From Epithemia pelagica (Eukaryota > Protista > Bacillariophyta): DNA of 64,000 nt. This document shows, piece by piece, positions 56,908 to 64,000 of the stretch. The notes below the pieces were generated by a model. That model saw only the letters and a program-made list of their open reading frames with translations, had not been told where the DNA came from and did no database searches. Both the position numbers and the translations under genes were made by a program. The stretch's first letter is position 1; each line of letters begins with the position of its first letter. The stretch spans positions 2,914,001 through 2,978,000 of the forward strand of contig OX337241.1 in NCBI GenBank assembly GCA_946965045.2. Reading direction: 5' to 3'.

Positions 56908-58125
56908 ATGACAACGACACTGCAAAAGCAAGCATGGCAGTCGGGCCTTGTCCTGTTAGACGATGAGACACCGGAATGGAATTTCGAGGACTGGCCTTCT
57001 CTTGAGGGAGAAGGGCGTTATCGTCATGCTTCGGTCGTACTGAATCATACCGATAACAACCAAGAACAAACCGTCGTCGTGTTGGGTGGATATCGAACAG
57101 GTCAAGGCGAGCTAGATTCCATTCTTGTATTAAACTTGGCAGAATCAAACAAGCAGTGGCGCGAAGGGCCACGCATGAACCAGAAACGTGATGGACATGC
57201 CGCTGTTGTGTGCAATGGAGGCATTTACGTGATGGGAGGAGACAATGGAGGTTCAGATTTGAATTGCATGGAACGAATCGACGCCAATGATTTGCTTCGA
57301 TCATCTTTGACAACCACCACCACGCATGAGAGCAGTTGGACGGCATTGACATGTCGCTTATCAACGCATCGATTTGGATGTTGTGCTGTTGCGGTTCACA
57401 ACCGATACATCGTTGTAATGGGTGGCCATAACAACGATGGTTATTCGTCGTCGGTGGATATTATTGATACCAGCAACCACACTGTCATTGAGGGACCATC
57501 CATGACTGTTCCACGACAACTTTGTGGCAGTGCGGTGATTGGCCACCGCATCTTTGTCGTTGGAGGTTGGAACGACAATGGCCATCTTGACTCGGTGGAG
57601 TATTTGGACTATGCAACACCCCTTGACAGTGATGGGACAAAAAAGGAGACTGGCTCGACATTCATTTCTTTCTCGTCCACTTGGATCACTCATCCTGATT
57701 TGGTGCTTTCCAACCCTAGAGATTCTTGTGCAATGGTTGCCGTGGGATCTTGTCTGGTGGTGGCAGGAGAACGAGGCAATCCAACCATTGATGTCTTGGA
57801 TACGAACCGCAACCGCGTGTGGAATCTCTCACCATTCGGAAATGACCACAATCGCCGCGAAGGATGCAGTATGGTGACTGTTGCCAATCAAGTTGCCGTG
57901 ATTGGTGGATGGCGCAATCCTACCTGTGTGACATTGCCACTTATGGATAGGAATTCGTGGTGTTTTCGTCGACTTTGTGAGCAGCAATCGAACGGATGGT
58001 ATCATTCTCTTAAAGGAATAGGTATCCGAGATGCTGATATCTCACCCTTCTTGACATTGGCATCAGCACGTCAACGCGCAAGGTCCAATACTCAAAGTGG
58101 TGATGAAGGGGCCGATGAAGCCTAG
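56908..58125 (+). CDS. Kelch-repeat protein K4
   Basis: 405 aa from ATG 56908, paralog of K1-K3. Confidence 0.88.
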   Translation: MTTTLQKQAWQSGLVLLDDETPEWNFEDWPSLEGEGRYRHASVVLNHTDNNQEQTVVVLGGYRTGQGELDSILVLNLAESNKQWREGPRMNQKRDGHAAVVCNGGIYVMGGDNGGSDLNCMERIDANDLLRSSLTTTTTHESSWTALTCRLSTHRFGCCAVAVHNRYIVVMGGHNNDGYSSSVDIIDTSNHTVIEGPSMTVPRQLCGSAVIGHRIFVVGGWNDNGHLDSVEYLDYATPLDSDGTKKETGSTFISFSSTWITHPDLVLSNPRDSCAMVAVGSCLVVAGERGNPTIDVLDTNRNRVWNLSPFGNDHNRREGCSMVTVANQVAVIGGWRNPTCVTLPLMDRNSWCFRRLCEQQSNGWYHSLKGIGIRDADISPFLTLASARQRARSNTQSGDEGADEA

Positions 58126-58499
58126 CCGTTTATTTCTCGAGTGGTTGACTTGTTTTCTACATTCGATTGCAATACTACAACCTAGTAGGTAGTTACTCAA
58201 AAGTAGAAAGAACATGTTGCAAGATAGAAGGTGCTTGCTTGATGTCAAAGCTGTGGAAAGAAGGACCAAATTTTTTTGTCTCTACAAGTGGTAGTGCCAC
58301 CACCGTGCTTGTGCGGTCGTGAGACTAGAATCTGGGGCTTTGTGGTGGCATCAGGGCACTTTGTAGGACACAGAGTCACCGTCCATGGATCGGTAGGTAT
58401 ATGGCAGGGACACCGAAATCCGACAGTGGTGCATTCCAGAGAGGACGAGTTTCGCATCGATCTCGTAGCCAAGGGCAATACGGTTTGTCGCCATTTTGT

Positions 58500-60090
58500 G
58501 TCCACTACGATTGAGTAGTGAAGAGTACTTTTAGTGTTCGTGACCGGGCAAATTCAGGCATGTTTTTTTGACATTGTGGTTGCCGTGACTGTCAAGGGTG
58601 CGCCATCCTGTCTTTCTTGGCTTGGGATGCTGTAGCTACGACACAATTTTGCTGTGGACCACGACCATTGGTGGATCATTTGTTACCATCCAAACAATAC
58701 TTGAAGAACACCGAGGGAGAGTCTCCGCAGTAATTGGTTGTGATATTGGTGGACTTCTTGTCTGGTTTGAGTAAATAAGCATGTGAAGTCCTGGCGGTTC
58801 TTGCCGCATCGGCTTGTTCCTCTTGTGGTTGGTTCCTCCTTGTTGGAGCGACAAATCACTCGACGCGGGAAAGGTAGTGGTGGTGCTACTGTGTCAGTCG
58901 TTTCAGTCTGGGGTGCTGGTGGACCGTGTTCCAAAATAACCAACTTGTCGTGGTAGTCGTTCTTTGGTCCACACCAATTGCCGATGATCGATCGAGACCA
59001 ATCATTCACTACTATTGGATATTGCGAGAAGGAGGGCAAAACGGGATGCCTGTTGTGCATCCGACGATTGTTGTTGTTGTTGTTGTTTCGGTCCTGTTGG
59101 TGGATCGGGAATCATGATTTTTCTTTTCTTGTCATGCTCCTTGATGAAAGAGCAGGATGGTTGTTCTTGCTGTTGTTGTTTGGGTGTAATTGGTTGTTCT
59201 TGTTGTATGTTCTCGTCATCATATCGTAGTACAATCAAGTGACTGCATTGTCTTTGCTCTTTTCCTCCACGAACCACATCTGCTCGTGCTCCATGTTTTG
59301 GCTTGGTTCATGGTCGTGGTCGATGAATCCGACAAAAGGACGAAAAGGAGGAGTAACAGCACGACTGGCGAAACCTTGCGGACCCTGTAGTCCGCTTCTC
59401 TGATAGTTCTCTTTGGAAATCGAGCATGGTTGGTTGCTTCCTCGTCGTCATGTGAAGAACGAATCATTGTTGATCGATCAAAGACGGAATGGAACTGTCG
59501 TTGAGAAGCAAGGGGAAGCAACCAGTCTCTCGACTGGCACTACCAGGTCGACAGTTGTTCAATGGAACTTGCTGTGGGTGCCTCTTGTCGTCTGTTGTTG
59601 GTTCAAAAATGCATCCCGGTACCTTATTCTCGCCTTTGGAGGAACGGGAAGCAACACTGCAAGAAGCGCCAGAAATGTTCTGGCAATTGGGCTGTCAATC
59701 TTGTTCATCCGTTCGTCGGAGCTACTAGCTTCATTTTTGTCAGTGTCCTTCTCTTCGTCCTGTTTGCCGTGTTCTGACTGGCTAGCATGTATGATGGTAC
59801 TGCATCGTTTGTTTTGGGGGATCTGATGTCTAGTCATTCCAGATCTGAGTTCTGCAATGGGAACCGCCAATTTGCTCATTCCTGAGAATTTGCGATTCTT
59901 GTCGCCGTCTTGTCTTATGAGTTCAGTCACTCTATCTTGTCGATGAACGGACTTCTCTTCAGGCTCGATACTAACATATACTCTTGTTTGTGCTCTTACT
60001 GCCTTGTCTCCTCAAATGCAGGCGTCTTCTGCCGTTGCAACAACGAAAGCGACTCAAAATGGGATAAATGACATGTTCCTTCTGGTCCAT
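58500..60090 (-). pseudogene. Decayed 'Z' family member, divergent from K5
   Basis: Fragments MDQKEHVIYPILSRF, ARFPKRTIREAD, QQQQQQ, GIPFCPPSRN and VVVHSKIV, interrupted by stops and frameshifts. Confidence 0.5.
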
Positions 60091-60545
60091 CTTGTCGTCA
60101 GATTCTCGTTTTGGCGTAGTTGTGCATGTGGCCTTGGCTCCGTCACAAAGCAATGCCCATTCGAATCATTGGATCAAGAAGTCAAGAAGACCACTCTCTG
60201 TTGTTGTTGTTGTTGCTGTCATTGTGAACAGTCCGCATGACCACGGGAATAATGGCGCTCCAAAAAAGGCTTTGGACGAGAGATGACTTGGAAACTAGGG
60301 ATATCGACTCAGTGGATGTTGGATGTTGGATTGGCCATCTGTGGACCTCTTCATCATACGAGGACTGATCGTATCCTAAAAAACACAGCAAAAGATACTT
60401 CTTGGTACTTCTTGGGGCTTGTCATGTAATCTATGAGCGATTGACTTCCCTTCACCATCGTACGCATGACAGGCACAGCTCCGAAAAGCCCGCGTTGCTC
60501 AAAGCTGTCATTTCTCGTCGACGTTGTTGTAAAGCGCCGTTGACC

Positions 60546-61766
60546 ATGACAACGCCACTGAACGAACAAGCATGGCAGTCGGGCCTTGTCCTGTTAGACG
60601 AGACACCTGAATGGAATACTGACGATTGTCCTCCTCTTGAGGGTGGATGGCGCATACATCATGCTTCGGTCGTACTCGATCATCTCGATACGGAAAACGA
60701 TAGCAACAACAGGGGGCAGACGGTCGTCGTGTTGGGAGGATATCAACAAGGCCAAGGTATCACGGATTCAGTTCTTGTATTGAATCTAGTAGACTCTAAC
60801 AAGCAGTGGCGAGAAGGGCCATCCATGAACAAGAAACGTTCTGGACATGCCGCAGTTGTGTGCAATGGCGGCGTCTACGTCATGGGTGGGAGCAATGCAG
60901 GTTCAAGTTTTGATCATATCGAACAAATTGATTCCAATGATTTGCTGCATTCATCTACAACCAAAAGCAACACACATGAGAGTCATTGGACGACATTGAC
61001 ATGTCGTTTATCAGTGGAACGATTTGGATGTTGTGCTGTTGCGGTTCACAACCGATACATCGTTGTAATGGGTGGCCATAACAACGATGGTTATTCGTCG
61101 TCGGTGGATATTATAGATACAAACAATTACACTGTCACTGCGGGGCCAAGCATGACTGTTCCACGACGAGGGTGTTCCAGTGCGGTCATTGGACACCGCA
61201 TCTTTGTCGTTGGAGGCCGTAATGAACATGGCTATGTTGACTCGCTGGAGTATTTGGACTTCGAAAGGCCATGTGAAAGTGATGAGACAGAAAAGGAAAC
61301 TGGCTCGACGTTCATTTCTTTCTCACCCACCTGGACCACCCATTCGGAATTGATGCTTTCAAATGGACGAAGTTCTTGTGCAGTGGTTACCGTGGGATCT
61401 TGTCTGGTGGTGGTGGGAGGACGAGGCAATTTACGTGTGGAAGTCTTCGATACACACCACAACCGCGTGTGGAATCTCCCACCATTCGGAAATTACCGTG
61501 AGGACTGCAGTACGGTGACTGTTGCCAATAAGGTTGCCGTGATAAGTGGCTGGGGAAGTCCTACCTGTGCGACATTACCACTACTGGACAAGCATACGTG
61601 GTGTTTTCGACGACTCTATGAGCAGCAGATCGACATATGGTGTCTATTTCGGAAAGGAAGGAATATCCAACATGCTGATAATTCGCGTTTCCCCACCTGG
61701 ACATCAGATCGTAAACGAGCAAGGCCCCACACGCACCGTGGTGATGAAGGGAAGGATGGAACTTGA
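60546..61766 (+). CDS. Kelch-repeat protein K5
   Basis: 406 aa from ATG 60546, paralog of K1-K4. Confidence 0.88.
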   Translation: MTTPLNEQAWQSGLVLLDETPEWNTDDCPPLEGGWRIHHASVVLDHLDTENDSNNRGQTVVVLGGYQQGQGITDSVLVLNLVDSNKQWREGPSMNKKRSGHAAVVCNGGVYVMGGSNAGSSFDHIEQIDSNDLLHSSTTKSNTHESHWTTLTCRLSVERFGCCAVAVHNRYIVVMGGHNNDGYSSSVDIIDTNNYTVTAGPSMTVPRRGCSSAVIGHRIFVVGGRNEHGYVDSLEYLDFERPCESDETEKETGSTFISFSPTWTTHSELMLSNGRSSCAVVTVGSCLVVVGGRGNLRVEVFDTHHNRVWNLPPFGNYREDCSTVTVANKVAVISGWGSPTCATLPLLDKHTWCFRRLYEQQIDIWCLFRKGRNIQHADNSRFPTWTSDRKRARPHTHRGDEGKDGT

Positions 61767-61899
61767 AATTTGCAACGTACTGCATGTATGTCCTAACATT
61801 AGCGGAACTATATAGCATTATCATTTTACTCTCAAACAGTAGTTGGATTGTTTTCTTTTTGATATTGCGACCTATAGAGATATCATGTACACTGTTGTA

Positions 61900-63477
61900 C
61901 TAGTAGAAAACGAAAGTTACACTATCCTGCATGACACCGCAAACAGGAGTGGAGCCAGGCCTTGGATATAGATGCCCATGGTACCATGCCTCTCTGCTGT
62001 TGAATGAGTCGAGTTATCTTGCTGTGGAAGATTATGGTTGCGTGCCTGAAACACATGGCACAGCGACTTATTTGGACGGTCATCTTCGTTCCGACCATGC
62101 GTTTAATTGTGTGGAGTCCGGTCCTTCTATGGCTAATGCCTGCGTAAGAGGACAGTACCCCGTCTTTCGATGCTCGTGGCGGTTTTGGGTGACAGGACAA
62201 TTGCGAATCCTTTGGAATTTTTCGCACCGACGTGTTCGATATTTTCTCCAATACAGCAACTATGCATTATCATGAGGTCGGCAATTTGCTCGCAATGGAC
62301 CAGAACGACAACACGGAATCGAGTCTCGTCGTTGCCACACCACAACCTTCCGAGCTACGAACGCAGCCACAAATGAAGAAGTACCTCAATTGGACGAAAC
62401 TGCTGACGGCGCTATTGCCGTGGAACCGGCTGTGTTCAATTCCATCTTGGAAGTCGGAGCATTGACGGCGGCGACGACAACGACAACGAATCAGGAAACC
62501 TCCACCACCGCTATTCCCTGTCGCACTATTGCTCGTTCGACTGCTAATGCCTGGAAACAAGCTGCTCCCCATCGCGATGTCTTGCCCCTCAATGACAGTT
62601 CGCCAAACCTTGTTGCACGATTATAACACTGTCGAGCAGCAGTGTTGGACTTCGATCACTACCGCATTTAAGCCTCGTACCGAACTCAGCAGTACCAACA
62701 ACAAAACCACGACCACGAATGGCGCCGATCATGTCTTGGCTGTCGTCTAATAGAACTTGTTCTTGTTCTTCTTCGTTGGATTCTGGTTCTTGGTGGTGCG
62801 AATCTTCGTCTGGTCGATGTGGAAGGGCGATGGGACCCTTTCCCGTAATCAATTCTTTACCTTTTGTTTCTCCCGTGTCGGGTGCATGACGTAACCGTGT
62901 CGATTCAAATGACGATTGCACCAATGACCCTTGTACATGAAATCCTCGACAATGCCCACATAGCTCCAAACATCGGATCGAGCCGAGTAAAAGGCCACAT
63001 AGACCACCAAGGTAATCGCAGTGCCACGGAGCAGCCACCATTGGGTGTCATTTGGCAAGAATGACAAACCATTGAGAGTTGTCGCATCTTTATGTGGAGA
63101 TTTGCTGTCCGTAGATTGGAGCGATGCGAACTTGAGGGTCCATGCAAACTCTCGCGAATTGTTCCCCAACGTGCTCCACGACCATTCGTCGTTTCATTTT
63201 GGGACTGATCCTTGGCCTCGTAATTCAATTGTCACGGATTGAAGAAGGCCACTTCATGGTTGTTGTCCTCAATCATCGCTTCTTGAAGAGACATGTTGGT
63301 GAAATTGATTGATAAGGTCAAGTCGTCGCCGTCCTCATCTTCGCCGTCATCGTGGTCGATGCGACGGATTAGTCTCCAGCGGGGGTGAGGAGTCGGGTCG
63401 CATATGTGTCGTGCTTTTGGTGTTGTTACTTCTAATTCACGAATTCTTATGACTACCTCCCGCTGGGAGTTAGTCAT
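61900..63477 (-). pseudogene. Decayed minus-strand gene convergent with K5 (paralogs at about 41850-42900 and 51330-52450)
   Basis: Fragments MTNSQREVVIRIRE...AFFNP*, WWLLRGTAITLVVYVAFYSA (TM-like), twice-repeated LLDDSQDMIG..GFVVGT, and TIIFHSKITRLIQQQ. Confidence 0.45.
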
Positions 63478-63694
63478 GGACGTGCACTATAGCCTGTACC
63501 TACAATCTTTATGACAGTAAAAGATACTAATAGGTAGGTAGAAACGCTAGGAATGTTTTGTGGCGCGGGGTCGACTACAATGGACGATGTGGAATGTGGA
63601 CGGCCATATCTCTAGTTCCAAGTTCCAACCCACCACCATCACAACATGCACTGCGCAACTTTACAGCAATCGATACCGCTCGAGATGACTTTTG

Positions 63695-64000
63695 ATGGTT
63701 ACAAGAACGAGGTTGCAATGGTCAACCGTGGAACAAGAGCAGTGTCAACAACAGCTCAATGGCGCATCATGGGATCGATTTGCCGACCGATTGGCTTTTT
63801 CGGATGACACCGTGGCCCGTGTGGCCCGAAAATTGCAACGTCACATCAATCAAATCTTGTATGAGGACGCCGAATTGGAACCTGTGACAGACAACCATGA
63901 AGTGGAGTTGCAGGGCTATGCCACCACGTTGGTGTGGAAAACACCCTTTGAGTCGTTGTACCTCCACAACAAGAATCCCAAAACAACCAACATGAATCCA
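63695..64000 (+). CDS. Hypothetical protein, 3'-partial (runs off window)
   Basis: The frame is open from ATG 63695 to the window end: MVTRTRLQWSTVEQEQCQQQLNGASWDRFADRLAFSDDTVARVARKLQRHINQILYEDAELE..., with codon usage like the real genes here. The true start is uncertain. Confidence 0.4.
   Translation, partial: MVTRTRLQWSTVEQEQCQQQLNGASWDRFADRLAFSDDTVARVARKLQRHINQILYEDAELEPVTDNHEVELQGYATTLVWKTPFESLYLHNKNPKTTNMNP

Noticed and set aside
61985-62050. FHSK in the Z relics as a possible PLD HxK motif related to the 54107 gene
   Set aside because: No GSxN or Glu motif follows at the right spacing in any relic and there is no DNA similarity to the PLD gene. Treated as coincidence unless profile searches say otherwise.

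Overview
Eukaryotic nuclear DNA, most likely from a pennate diatom. Supporting signs: GT-AG introns, a lycopene beta-cyclase with a bipartite signal/transit-type presequence, a GDNPS-motif protein typical of diatoms, and an RXL-type Lys-rich secreted protein. The window has three zones. (1) 0-15 kb is mostly single-copy genes: LCYB, an S8 subtilase with four Cys-rich repeats, an EST1/SMG7-like NMD factor and a copine, plus a Stowaway-like Tc1/mariner MITE. (2) 15-40 kb is a secretory/extracellular-matrix zone: a second S8 subtilase and its deleted pseudogene, a sulfotransferase, a silaffin/cingulin-like Lys/Met/Tyr repeat protein, duplicated secreted repeat proteins and an M12B-type zinc metalloprotease, with many local duplications. 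(3) 40-64 kb is a tandem array of five intact, mosaic six-bladed kelch genes alternating with decayed minus-strand genes. In it, a single-HxK PLD/Nuc/Zucchini-type nuclease gene sits directly behind a copied kelch upstream region and leader. The best candidates for something new are this kelch + PLD-nuclease cassette locus and the silaffin-like protein with its neighbouring candidate processing enzymes. I saw no rRNA, tRNA or CRISPR array. All family assignments come from motif recognition by eye, not from database searches.
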